A program made the translations under genes and the position numbers. The notes beneath the pieces are model-generated. The model saw only the letters and a list, made by a program, of their open reading frames with translations, was not told the DNA's origin and made no database searches. From Mobula hypostoma (taxonomy: Eukaryota): a DNA stretch of 64,000 bases. Of this stretch, positions 13,975 to 27,143 are shown in pieces; the first letter of the stretch is position 1, and each line of letters begins with the position of its first letter. Location: the NCBI RefSeq assembly GCF_963921235.1, contig NC_086097.1, positions 220,722,001 to 220,786,000 on the forward strand. Reading direction: 5' to 3'.

Positions 13975-14390
13975 CACAAGATATAGGAGCAGGATTAAGC
14001 CATTTGGCCCATCAACACTGCTCTGCCATTTCATCATGACAGATCCAATTTTCCACTGAGCCCCAATCTCCTGCCTTCACCCCGTATTCCTTCATGCCCT
14101 GACCAATCAAGGATCAATCAACCTCTGCCTTAAATATACATACAGACTTGGCCTCCACGGCTGCCTGTGACAAAGAATTCCACAGATTCACCACCCTCTT
14201 GCTGAAGAAATTCCTCCTCATCTCCTTTCCAAAACCCTCTATTCCACTATATTATAGCCCCTCTATTCTGAGGCTGTGCCCCCTGGTCTTAGACTCTCCC
14301 ACCTTTGGAAACATCCTCTCCACATCCACTCTGTCAAGGCCTTTCACCATTCGATAGGTTTCAGTGAGGTCACCCCTCATTCTTCTGAAC
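13975..14390 (-). mobile_element. CR1-type LINE 3' fragment
   Basis: Close paralogue of 9665-10042. Confidence 0.8.
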
Positions 14391-15880
14391 GTCTGCTGTT
14401 ATTGTTTCCCTTGTACTATCTCAATGCTCTGTTGTAATGAATTGATCTTTATGAACTATATGCAAGACAGGTTTTTCACTGACAATAATAAATCAATTTA
14501 CAAAATTTAAAGAAGTGTACAATGTAAGACTATTGCCCTTACATCCAGACTTCCAAATGGTTTTGGCCATTAAATGTGAACACAGAAATTCAGTTAATTA
14601 ACAACAAAAAAAATCAAAACTCTGTACTAAAGTCATCAAAAAATAAATAGCAATGCCTTCTTATAGTGAATACATAAAGACTTTACAAAACAATGTAGAA
14701 ACAAGTGCAGAACAGGGAGGAGGGTCACATACATATTTTAATGCAAATGACTTCAAGAACAAGCCACATTGCAGGGATCAGACCATGAGAAAGACTGCTG
14801 GAAAAGCAAACATACTGGAAGTGAACACTGGACTGGCGAATGCAATCAGGACTAGATAATGCATTCGGGGGAGGAGTTATGTGGTCCATGCAGTGGCATT
14901 TTCACAGAGTACACAATGATGAAAAAGACAGGCCACCTTACTGTGATGATGAATGTTGCAGAAGGACAAAGAATCAGTGTCGCAACCACTGATACTTCAA
15001 TGAAGAGCAAGATTATTCCATTATTATACAAAGAAGTAAGCAAAATTCACATTGACCTTTCAAAAACTAACAATCAAATTTAGTCAAATACTTTTCATAT
15101 TTAAAAAAAACCCTGCATCTATAAATATATCACATTGCAGTGCAGTGGGAAGATTTCAGTTGCGGGTAACCTGCTCTTAACCCTCATACCACGGATTCGA
15201 TTCACTGTTTACAGGCTATAGCTAGCATTGTTTATAGAGACTCATCAATCTAAATTTAAGTATTGACTTCCCATGCTCTTTAATATCCCTTCAGTTTATA
15301 ATCAATCCTTTCTTTCAATTTAATATTGTACCTAATTTCCAAATTTTCTTTGCCTCCATTGTTGTATGTAAACTGCATTTTAAAAATCTACACGTTTGCA
15401 ATCCTAATGGTTCAACTGATTTTACGTTACATATTTAGCCTTGGAATTATACTCTGTAATATTAAGGATTCATAACCCACATCACCCACCTTTAACATAT
15501 CTTAAAAATCACCAGTTTTTTTCCTCAAGACATTAAAGAGCGCTGAGCTAAGAGTTTACCATTTGAATTGCTGGGTGGGGCATTCCACAGGCAAGGACAA
15601 AACCAACTACTGAATAAAACTCAGCTCTTCAGTTTAGTCACAAATACCAGCATTGACTTGGGAACCAACCACACCAACTGCATTACATTTCTGTGTTAGG
15701 GGTAGATTAGAATAAACCAATTTTGACATGATTTAGTCTCTTCTCACATTCATACAAGCAAGCTCAGGTACACAAGAAACTTGCAGAAAGAAACGTGCAA
15801 TGATACAAAAAGAAAATACTTCAGCAAAGATTTAATGACTTCAAAATTCTTGGAAAATTCATAGCAACATTAAATTTCAG

Positions 15881-15969
15881 CCACACACAAAATGCTGGAG
15901 GAACTCAACCAGCCAGACGGTATCTATGGAAAAGAGTAAACAGTAGACATTTCAGGCTGACACCCTTAA
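15881..15969 (-). mobile_element. Penelope-derived miniature insertion (truncated hammerhead region)
   Basis: cacacacaaaatgctggaggaactc..cagtagacatttcaggctgacaccc; perfect 12-bp TSD ATTAAATTTCAG (15869-15880, 15970-15981). Confidence 0.75.
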
Positions 15970-16487
15970 ATTAAATTTCAGAATCCTTGCAAATTTCAAG
16001 TGAAACAACTGTGGGTTGTGATTTAAGTCTAAAGCAGCTTGGACAAAAGAAAATTATGCTCAGACATAGGAAGCTGAATGGAATTAAATTGGACATCTAA
16101 TTTTCCAAGAAATAAACAGTCGTGAAAAATCTGAATCATTTGGACCGAACAGAAACCACATCCTAGATTGATAACGTAAACCGGCTGCACTATTTGCATA
16201 GTCCAACAACATAAAACAGCCATAAACTGTACTAAGAATGATAAGACTTGTCAACAAATTTCACTCCAGAACTGACCTAAATCACAATTATACTCTACAA
16301 GTACAGGGCAAGTCAAGTTCAGATTGTAACTTAATAAATTAAATGTAAACTTTAAATAAACTTCATTTTTTGTACTTCTGTTCATTTTGTCAGTTCATAC
16401 AAATAAAGGCAGCACATTTTAAAGAATTGAGTACAATCCTCACTCTAGGTATTAGCAAGCTAACTGAATTTCTCCCAATGAGGATTG

Positions 16488-17603
16488 CAGTGGATTCCAA
16501 TTAATTCGGACACATCAGAACCAGTACGTTTTACCCCAGCCGAAGTTTCATGGAAATAGTTAAAAAGACAAAGACGACAAAGTGAGTAACAAAATACGTA
16601 TTTAAATGAAATACAGAATAAATTAGAGCACCTACTCCAGGAAAACTGTATTAGTTCCTAATAATTAAAAGAATCCAGTGTATGCTGCACTGTTCTTTTG
16701 ATTGACTGTAAATGAACAAAATCAGCGCATAAGCCTAGTGTAGATCATGGACTGCTTCATACAATATTTTCCTCCAAATTTTCCATGCATCCTCCAAATC
16801 TTCATTTTCATTATAACATCTTGAATAACCATTCAAGGCAACTGTCAATACCTTCAAATCCCTCATAGTTCCTAACTTGTAGTAGTGACCAGATACAACT
16901 GTTATAGTGACCAATAACAGTTTCTTCTCCCAAGCCATCAGACTCCTCAATACCCAGAGCCTGGCTTGAAACCAACCTACTATAACTTCTACTGTGCCTT
17001 ATTTATTATTACTTATTGTAGTGCCTGCACTGTTTTGTGCACTTTATGCAGTCCTGGATAGGTCTGTAGTCTAGTGTAGTTTTTGTGTTTTTACTTACAT
17101 AGTTCAGTGTAGTTTTTGTATTGTTTCATGTAGCACCGTGGTCCTGGAAGACGTTGTCTCATTTTTACTATGTTCTGTACCAGCAGTTATGGTTGAAATG
17201 ACAATAAAAAGTGACTTGATTTGTCTTGAAATAGTTTCATTTACACTCCTGGCTGCTTCTGGCACCTCCGAGCCCGAATGCTTAAAACCACAGTGAGCAG
17301 AACAATTCTAAATCGTCTTACTGTTTATTTCTAACCAACTATCAGTGACAGAAAGTATCACTGCTTGTTGAACACCAACACATGAAGCTGTTGCTATTTA
17401 AAAGCTGTTCACTCCGAGCACGGTGTAGTGTTCAAACAAGTGCACACAAACGACGCTACTAAAACTGTTCAGCAACAGTCTCCTGCCCCAATTAGGCAGC
17501 ACAGTACTCCAAATAATCTGACTTAGATTTTGTTCTTTATTAGTTGTCTCAAATAAGTGGCTGCCCAGACTAACCAATGGCCCAATTAACTGGAGATTTC
17601 AAT
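16488..17603. mobile_element. Tigger-like DNA transposon remnant (with nested LINE 3' fragment ~16910-17220)
   Basis: Degenerate TIRs cagtggattccaattaattcgg / cccaattaactggagatttcaatg; internal sequence homologous to 20394-21500. Confidence 0.55.
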
Positions 17604-20543
17604 GCTTAAGAGAAATTTGGATAGGTACATGGATGGGAGGGGTATGGACGGTTATGGTTCAGGGGCAAGTCGACAGGACTAGGCAGCTTAAATGGTTTGG
17701 CACAAGCCAAAGGGCCTTTTTCTATGCTGTAGCTTTCAATGACTCTATGAGAGTATTTCCTTTTGAAAAAGACCAGTTCGGTTATCCTGAGCTTTTGTTA
17801 AATCCCCACAGTCAAGGGACAATCTATTTACAAAATGAAGTCAGCAGGCGGGACATCAGGAGACCAATGTCCACTAGAATGTTTAAGAGTCTTTTACTGC
17901 ATTGGAAAAGACCAGAAATACCATTGTATCCCTATTGATGATGTCACATAAACAAGTTTTGTACATTATCTAACTTTTCCCTTTGGCATTCAGATCAGTG
18001 CACAAGCTGGTACTTCAAATTCCTCATAAACTTTCAATACCTCCGCCTTTGTCGTATTACCTGTCTCTGCAGCTGAAATTCAGGTGTTTCAGGTCTCTCC
18101 TTGCTGGTCCCTGTACTTCGGCAACTTCCCCGGAATTACAATTTATCAGATTCATACCTTGTCCTTCGCTCTCATACTTGAATGTCACTTTCCTTACATA
18201 GCTCCATGACCTCAATCTACCCAAGCACAATCTTTCTCAAGCACAATTTTCCTGACCAAAAGTCGTCATTTTCTGGGAACTGGGTTTGGAAATTCAAGTT
18301 ACCAGCCCAACTCCTTATCAACACTTTTAATATTTCCCTTCACCCCCAGCTGCTTTGGTAGGTCAGTGTGTTTTACACTTCACTTATAGAAGCACTTTAA
18401 CAAAAATACAGAATTTTGTATTCTAAAATATTTCAAATTACAGATACCACAAATGAACTGTGTTTTCTTGGTAGTCTGGCACAAAGCTTACTGAACGTAA
18501 TGTATCCATTAGCTAGAACCCTACAGATAGGATTAACAATTTAAATCTTTCACGTCTCATCCTTCAAACAACAAAAAAAAACTGGCCAAGCCTAAACGGA
18601 TCTTACATAAAATGTAGAACTGGTTAGCCAACTTTCAGCTAATGCTTTGGGCAGCAATCTATCACAATCTCAAATAACATGATCCATTGACTCTCACCAG
18701 AGTGAGACAGTCCAAAGACCTGCAATTTCCACCTCCAATTGTCACCACACTGGTTATTTTATTGAGGTACTTTCTTCAAATTTTAACTATACAGTTGTCA
18801 GTTTCATTCCAAATAATTGAGAGATTCATTAGTCTGCAAATGTTAATTTGTTGAAGCAACTAGAAAGGTGTGAATGCTTGCATATGAGGGCATTCAATTC
18901 CTTACAATTGCTGGTGCAAAATAATCTTCGAACCGGACATTTCAATAAAGTGAAGTTTTTTCAAATATTCGTTCCCTACGAGAAAGTGCATAATCTCCAC
19001 TTTGAGCCTCTCTGCTGCCCAGACAAGCTCATAAACTTGCTCTAGGGAGAAAGCAGAGATCCAATCACAAACTGCAGCACATGAGCATACCAATTAAATC
19101 CCACAGCAGTGATTTACAAAAAAATCTCCTTAAATGAAAGAAAATAGCATCCAATGCTGTGGTGATGACTAAGCTGGAAAAGGAGTTAGACAGGAGTTAT
19201 ATACATAGAAGAGACAGCAGTCCTGCAGGTAGCTTCAGTCAGCATGCTGAAAGAAACCACCTCCTCTTCACAAGCATTCGCTACTGTGAAGAGTATCTGA
19301 ACTCAAGGGGTTTACTGCACAGATAGAAAAATGCAGGGATGATTTTTTTTTGAACAGGTTAATTGTCTGTTTGCTACAATGTAGCCACTTTACGATGCAC
19401 AACACAATGAAGTGGTAGATGCGATGAAGTGTTAACTGCACTAATCGGTACACAGTACCCGCTAGATTCCACAGCTGTGAGCTGTAAGAACTGAATTAGC
19501 TGTTACTTTGATTGAGGCCTTGATGAAACAACAGATGGTATGGAAAGTTCATTGACTATTTTCCTAATGTAGCATTTAGGGGAAAAAAAATCAGGAATTT
19601 TAATTATATTAAGAACTCTGTGGGTATATTTGATCGGCGTTGAGGTAAACGTTTTGTCCATCAAGACTTTGTCTATTTAATCCTATTATTTCTGCTATAC
19701 TACTAATTTAATGTTATGTTTACAACTGTTTACAATCAGATTGATAAATCTACTAGAAGAGTTAATTTCATGGATATACTTTTAAAACACTGATGGAGTA
19801 TTGTCTCTCACCACCTGCTGACATCAAATGTATGCAGGCATTTCTGTGTCCACCCGAGTTCCCATTCCCGAAAGGCAGGTTACACAATCTGACTCAGGTT
19901 TAATATCACCGACACACGTAGTGAAATTTGTTAACTTAGCAGCTGCAGTACAATGCAATACATGATCATATAGAAAAAAATAAATAAATTGCATTAAATC
20001 AAATACGGTGCAAAAACAGAAATAATAAAAAAAGTGAGGTAGATGTTCAAGGGTTCAATGTCCATTTAGGAATCCTATGACAGAGGGGAAGAAGTTATTA
20101 CTGAATCACTGAGTGTGTGCCTTCAGGCGTCTGTACCTCCTTCCTGATGGTAACAATGAGAAGAGGGCATGTCCAGAGTGATGGCAGTTGCACTTCAACA
20201 TAAAGAAAGAATTGGTGCTGTACAAGCAGAAAAGACATTGTGCATTTGCACCCGCTATTGCAACTTGGTGGAACTTTGTTCACCTGGTTCTGCTTTAGCC
20301 ATGAAATACAGATTTTGTGGTGCATCAAACTCAATGATTTCTTACCAGGTTTTGCTCTTTCTACGTGTTCTATTGACACAGAAGACAAAGTACACAATGG
20401 ATTCTAGTTAACTGGGACATATCCACACGAGTACATTTTGGCCCAATTAAGCAGCCGCTCCAATTAGCCGAAGTTTCATGGAAATAGTTAAAAAGCTATA
20501 TAAAAAAGGTCAACTACCATTTAAATAAGTAACAAATGATGTA

Positions 20544-20696
20544 CAGTCGACCTTCACTAATCTGACTACCTGTAATCCGGTTCCTTCGATAATCCAGCAC
20601 TGATTATGCTTAATGTGATCCTTCTGTAATTTGGCATTTTCACTAATCCGGCACTCCTCAGGTCCCAATGGTGCCGGATTAGTGAAGGTCGACCTG
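20544..20696. mobile_element. Tigger/mariner-type MITE
   Basis: TIRs CAGTCGACCTTCACTAATC / GGATTAGTGAAGGTCGACCTG, flanked by TA on both sides. Confidence 0.8.
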
Positions 20697-20814
20697 TACT
20701 TAAATGAAATACAGAACAAACTAGAACACACCGATGGTACTACAGTACTATAAAACTGTATTAGTTCTTAAAAGTTATTGACAGAGGAATCCATCCAGTG
20801 TATGCGGCTGTGTA

Positions 20815-21350
20815 TGGGGTGTCCAGGGAGGGGTACCACCTCTGATGTAGGGGGCTTGTGTCCTTTCTGGGGCAGTTCACTCACCTTTGGTCCACACCAG
20901 GCACTCAGCTCTCACCTGTGGCTCCAAATAGCTGTCTGCATGTCACAGCACAGCAACCACACCCTAGTACACCACTTCAACAGACGGGCTAAAGCAGATT
21001 AGGGTAACCGGTGGGCCTCATATCCTGTTGAAATAGGGACACGCCTCAACTCGCATGTGAAGTCAACTCCGGCAGACTGTGCGGATGACAGCAACAGTGA
21101 GATCCAATGGCTAGGAAGGCGGTTCTGCAACACTTCGTGGAGAACAAAGGGCATGACAAAGACACAGAAGTAGTCATGGTCACCCACCGCAAGCACAGAA
21201 GACACCGGTTTGTGGCAACTACTCATACCACTGAACCCACACTTCTGAGGTTGAGACAGTGGAACTGTCCCAGTCCAACAAGATATTCCACTTTAAAAAC
21301 TCTCCTGCCCAGGTTCACTGTTATCATCCAATACGACCAACAGCCAACAA
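20815..21350 (+). mobile_element. Short non-autonomous retroelement (probably RTE-related) nested in Tigger-like element
   Basis: Interrupts the host element; imperfect TSD gcggctgtgt/gcagccgtgt; GC-richer 5' part and caac-type tail. Confidence 0.45.
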
Positions 21351-22714
21351 GCAGCCGTGTTCTTTTGATTACCTTTAATGAACAAAATTAGGGCATATAA
21401 TGGCCTTCAGACAATGCTTTCAACGATCGCATCCTCCATATCTTCATTTTCACTGTTAAATTCAAGATGACTGCCGATTCAAATTCTTCGTAGCTCCTAT
21501 AATTACTTATGTTTCAGGACACATTGTTTCATATTTGCACCATGTCTTCAGAAACCTTGCAAAGACAAATAGTACAAAGCAAGTTACAAGTGCAACACAC
21601 ACAAAATACTGGAAGAACTTGACAGGTCAGGTAGCATCCGTGGAGAGGAATAGGCAGTCAAGGAAAATATAGTTTAATGTTCTGTTCTGTATTGCGTTAG
21701 TTGAGCTGGTTGTAATCAGAAGCTTCATAATTGGTTTCATTGTCCACCATTTTATCAAAGTTCAAAGTAAATTTATTACCAATGTACATACATGTCACCA
21801 TATACAACCCTGAGATTCGTATTCTTGCGGGCAATCAGAGTAAATACAAGAAACCCAATAGAATCAATGAAAGACCACACCCTTCAGGATGAACAACCAA
21901 TGTGCAAATACAAAAAGGAGGAAAACAAAGAAAATAGTAATAATAAATAAGCAATAAAAATCATGAGATTGATAAAAATTGGTAAGGGTCGATGCGGACA
22001 TGCGAAACTTCTTTAGCTTCTTGAGGAAGTAGAGGCATTGGTGAGCTTTCTTGGCCATGACATCTAAACTCTGTGTTTATGCCATCTCTAATTGTCTACA
22101 ACAAGGTGCCAATCTTCTTGAACTGGCATAAGTACTTCCAGCACTGACAGATAGAGAGGATTTAGACGCAGTTTTATATTTTCAGGTGTGCAACTTTGAG
22201 GGGAACTTGCAACCAGAGCTCCAATGAGTTTGCTGCCTTTGGTGACAGCTTTGGTTTGAGAGGTGCCATAGAGATCACTGCAGTGCCTTCCGTCAGTGTT
22301 ATACACTACAGCCATAAGGGAGCAAATACATAGGTCAACAGGTGACCAAGAGCATTATGAAAAAAAATTCTCATATATGAAGCATCTCCGTTTGTCATTT
22401 CTGCTAAATACCTCTAGTATTTTCTGCTAATCATGTTTCTTGGGACAGTGCCAGTCTACGTAATCATTTCACAATGTTATATCGTCCCAAATGAAGAATC
22501 ACTTTAGAACAATAATAGGCTGGTCTGAATTAGGTCATGTGCAGGGGGAGAGCAGAACAGAAACTGGGTCCCAATTAAGCATTTAGAATCCTCTCAATAT
22601 TTCAATTGACATGTCAAGATGGATTGTTAACAAATTCCAGGTAATTGTGCACTTCTATGCAAGTGACTATGTCGGGAAATACCTAAAACACCAAAAAACT
22701 CAATTGTGTACAGG

Positions 22715-23395
22715 AGTGAGACAGATCAGTTGATCGAGTGGTGTTGCAACAACTTCATAATCAACGGCAAGACCAAGGAATTGATCGTAGGCTTTAGGAG
22801 AATACATGCCAGTCCTCAGAGGAGTCAGCTTCGTCCCTAGGTACAAACATCTGAGAGGACCTATCCTGTGCCCAACACATTGATTGAATCAAGAGGCATC
22901 ACACTAGCCACTCCACTTTATTAGCAGTTTGAGGATAATTGATATGTCTCCAAAAACTCTTGTAAATTTCTATAGCTGTATAGTGGAGAGCATTCTGACT
23001 GGTTAAATCCGGTATGGAGCCTCCAATGCATGAGACCACAGATAATTGTAAACTCGATCATGGACCAACACTCCCTACCATTTGGGACATCTTCAGGAGG
23101 CACCTCAAGGAGGTGGTATCCATCATTAAAGGCCTTCACCATTCAGGACATGCCTTTTCATGAATCGACCATCAGGGAGGAGAAAAGGAAACCTGAAGAT
23201 CCACACTCAGTGTTTAAGAACAGCTTCTTCCCCTCTTGCTGTCAGATTTCTCAATGGTCAATAAACTCATGAACACTACCTCATTATTCCCCTTTTGCAC
23301 TATTTACTTTGTAAATTTTGGTAATTAGTTTATGTCCTGCACTGTAAAAAAACTATTTTCATGACATACATCAGTGATGATAAACCTGATTCTGA
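22715..23395 (+). mobile_element. Rex/Babar-type LINE 3' fragment
   Basis: Homologous to 5860-6450 and 55218-55890; ends gataaacctgattctga. Confidence 0.7.
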
Positions 23396-23942
23396 AATTA
23401 GCTCAGACAGCAATATAGCTCTATTACCACCAGAAGATCTATTCTGCCGATTGCTGATGAGCCTGAAGATGTCTACTGTGTTTTTGTATCATTCACTGAA
23501 GCAATGAACAAAATTTATGTTAAGATCTCTGGTAAACTGAATTTTGGCCAATCAGAACAGATATTCTAGACAGTGTATGTTCACTCTACTAGCAACAGTA
23601 AACAATAAGCCAACTGCACAGGAAAATACTTGCAGATCCATATGGAATTGCTGGTATTTTACCCATATAAATGCCACCAGGTACAGGATTCCGCCACAAA
23701 AGTCCTGAACTTGCTGGAAGGAATACTGGTCAGAGTCAACGTGGGTTCATGAAATGGAAATAATATTCAACAAATCTGTTAAAAAAAAAATTAAGGATAC
23801 AACTGGCAGAACAGATAACGGAGAACCAGCAGACGTTGCCCATATAAATGTAAGATGACACAAAATTAAATTACATGAGATTGAGAGTTGAATACAGCCA
23901 CAAACTGAGCATTGATTAGCAGGGAGAAAGCAACAGGAATGG

Positions 23943-24335
23943 GCAACACACAAAAACCTGGAGAAACTCAGCAGGTCAGGGGAATAAACTGTCGACGTTT
24001 TTGGCCGGGACCCTTCATTGGGACTGAAGAGGTAGGGGACAAAAGCCAGAATAATGAGGAGGGGAGGGCGGGGTAACAAGCTGGCAGGTGATAGGTGAAA
24101 CCAGGTGAGGGGAAGGTGGGTGGGTGTGGAGATGAAGTAAGAAGCAGGGAGAGGATAGGTGGAAGAGGTAAAGGGCTGAAGGAGGAATCTAATAGAAGAT
24201 AATGGAAGAAAGGGATGGAGGAGGAGCCGGAGGAAGGTGATGGACAGCGAGAAGGAAGGGGTAAGAGGGTTACCAGAGTGGGGAAAGAAAAGAAAGAAGA
24301 GGGTGGGGAGAAATTACTGGAAGTTATAGAAATGA
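23943..24335 (-). mobile_element. Penelope-derived 3'-end fragment with degenerate hammerhead
   Basis: caacacacaaaaacctggag..gtcgacgtttttggccgggacccttcattgggactg followed by purine-rich 3'UTR-like sequence. Confidence 0.7.
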
Positions 24336-24481
24336 ATATTAATTCTACCTTGTGCTTACAATGGTTATGAACCACTTTCAGATTCGCAAGTCGTGATTAG
24401 TGAGGAGCTACTTTGACAGAGAGAGGGAAAAAAAATTCCTTAAAAAGTAGCAAGAGACAGAAAGGTGTTAAGTGTTTATTG

Positions 24482-24565
24482 CAGGGATTCCCAACCTGGG
24501 GTCCATGGATACCTTGATTAATGGTATTTATTGGCCCATGGCATAAGAAAGGTTGGGAACCCCTG
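24482..24565. mobile_element. hAT-type MITE (84 bp)
   Basis: TIRs CAGGGATTCCCAACC / GGTTGGGAACCCCTG; imperfect 8-bp TSD gtttattg/gtttaaag; second copy in opposite orientation at 28450-28530. Confidence 0.75.
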
Positions 24566-26486
24566 GTTTAAAGGGAGCTGGATAGTCTTCCAAAGAAAGT
24601 AACTGAAATTTAACACTGAGGCACAGAGACATTTGGAGATAAATTAGGTTGGTCTGTACTGCAAGAGGATTTTTGTACAAAAAGTAAATATACCTTACTG
24701 CAATTATTATACAATCTTAGCGAGACTGCACTTTCAAATGTTGTTTATAGATCTGATCTCCTTACACAAGAATATACTTGCAGAAGACAATGTACGAAGA
24801 GGTCAACAATGTCAACCATTCAGACAGATGAGAAGAAATTTCTTTAATACACTGTAGGGTACTGAATACTTGAAATTCTTTACTGAAACAGGGCTGTGAG
24901 GCTTAGTCACCAAGTACATTGACCAACTTCTCAGTATTAGGAGAACCAAGATATTTGAGGTTAGGGTAGAACTGATGCAGAGGCAAATTCTACTATAATC
25001 TAACTGAATGTCAGAACAGACATGAGGTATTGATCGTCTTTCTTCTGCTTCTATTATTTTGGCCTCGAGGGGCAGAACATGAATTTTATGTAATTTTCAA
25101 GCAACCACTATGGAGAAGTTACCTCGTAGAACTTGCGTCTAGTTAAATCTGGTGCAGCAGAAGCTTCTTCATTCATATGAAAGCAGAGGAACACTTGTGG
25201 GAGGGGATCAATATTAATTATTTCCATTTCATTTCTTTGCACAGAGTGAAATGCTTCTAATTGTTTTAATACATTCCTATTTAAAAAAACGACCTATAGT
25301 TATTTAAAATTTTTGAATATCTCTAAATGGCAAACAACTAAGCTGGGTCATGAGATGCAACTGTTGAAATGAATTGTAGGGTGAAAATTCTAAATTGTTC
25401 AATGTTATGAAAAGCACAAGAATGAACAAAGTAATGAATGGCGATTTAGTGTAAAATGCTAGCTGATTTTCTGAGGAAAAATACATTTAAAAAAACACTT
25501 CTTCAATTAACTTTTGGTTTCTCCAAGTACTTCACAAGCTTTATATGATATAAATTAGGAAATACAAAAGGTAACTTTATTACATCTGTGGAAAGCCATA
25601 CCTGAAAGAACAGTGGCTGAAGAATCCAAACTACAAAGCAAATTCAGTAAGCACAATTCCCCAAAGGGAAACATTAGATTGTTGAATTACTTCCATACTT
25701 TCTTCTGCTTACCAAACATTAAACAATAACCCTAATTCAATAAATTCATAAATAATAAAAGCTCCACAGTCACTGTAAAACCATATAAACTGCTCAACTG
25801 ACGTGACATATTAAAACGCTACCACAGCGAGCTACAATTTGATTTTAAGTCCATGACTCATGCTGATTCTGCATACCACTGCATGACAGAAGACTGTACA
25901 ACAAGCTTCAACACCTGAACCTGGGGTGGGGGTGGAGGGGTGGAATGATGAAATGATGAGGAATTATGGAAAAATAAGTATTAGCTGGGGTTCCTATTCA
26001 ATGACTTTCTGAGCGGCCCTTTGTAATTAAAGGACCAACTAAAACTAATTTCCCAGAGAAGAGAAGCCGTTTAATTACGATGCCAAAATGTTTTTACAAC
26101 AAATTTCACAACATACGCTGGTGATATTAAACCCGATTCTGGCTCTCGGGTGCCATATATTTTTGAATTTAAGTCCAAGTGGACAAAGAAGATTTGTCAA
26201 ACATCTCCCTTCATTATTAAAACAATATCTACCCCAATATAAATATTTCAAGCAGAATCCATAATCTTTGCTACATTAAGCAAAGTAACATTCCAGCGAG
26301 TTGGCAGTCAAGTTGGACTGGCCATTACAATTTCAGTAGTGAGCAATCTTTGTAACAAGTCACACAACATTACAATCCCACTGAAACTGTTTAGCACACA
26401 CGTCAAAAGCAAGAATGCAGGCAAACAACACACATCAAAGTTGCTGGTGAACGCAGCAGGCCAGGCAGCATCTATAGGAAGAGGCG

Positions 26487-26528
26487 CAGTCGACGTTTCA
26501 GGCCGAGACCCTTCGTCAGGACTAACTG
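26487..26528 (-). ncRNA. Minimal type I hammerhead ribozyme motif
   Basis: Minus strand CAGTTAGTC-CTGACGA-AGGGTCTCGGCCT-GAAACGTC-GACTG: core boxes CUGANGA and GAAA, stem I AGTC/GACT, short stem II, palindromic ACGU stem III, GUC cleavage triplet. Confidence 0.8.
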
Positions 26529-26816
26529 AAGGAAGAGTGAGTAAGGGATTTGACAGCTGGAGGGGGAGGGGGAGATGCAAAATGATAGGAGAAGACAGGA
26601 GGGGGAGGGATAGAGCCGAGAGCTGGACAGGTGATAGGCAAAAGGGGATACGAGAGGATCATGGGACAGGAGGTCCGGGAAGAAAGACGGGGGGGGGGTG
26701 ACCCAGAGGATGGGCAAGAGGTATATTCAGAGGGACAGAGGGAGAAAAAGGAGAGTGAGAGAAAGAATGTGTGCATAAAAAAGAGTAACAGATGGGGTAC
26801 GAGGGGGAGGTGGGGC

Positions 26817-27143
26817 CTAGCGGAAGTTAGAGAAGTCAATGTTCATGCCATCAGGTTGGAGGCTACCCAGACGGAATATAAGGTGTTGTTCCTCCAACCT
26901 GAGTGTGGCTTCATCTTTACAGTAGAGGAGGCCGTGGATAGACATGTCAGAATGGGAATGGGATGTGGAATTAAATTGTGTGGCCACTGGGAGATCCTGC
27001 TTTCTCTGGCGGACAGAGCGTAGATGTTCAGCAAAGCGGTCTCCCAGTCTGCGTCGGGTCTCACCAATATATAAAAGGCCACATCGGGAGCACCAGACGC
27101 AGTATATTACCCCAGTCAACTCACAGGTGAAGTGATGCCTCAC
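26817..27143 (-). pseudogene. Penelope-like GIY-YIG endonuclease domain (fragment of the element ORF)
   Basis: 108-aa ORF in track with VIY..YIG, Arg, EH and terminal GMN motifs typical of PLE endonucleases; upstream RT truncated. Confidence 0.85.

Larger units (their letters stand above)
20394..21500. mobile_element. Second copy of the Tigger-like element, carrying two nested insertions
   Basis: Shares agccgaagtttcatggaaatagttaaaaag, aaatgaaatacagaa, aaaactgtattagtt, ttcttttgatt blocks with 16488-17603. Confidence 0.6.

Noticed and set aside
26817..27143. GIY-YIG ORF as a standalone or domesticated nuclease gene
   Set aside because: It lies in a 5'-truncated, TSD-flanked retroelement with several close paralogues in the window; no promoter or independent start evidence
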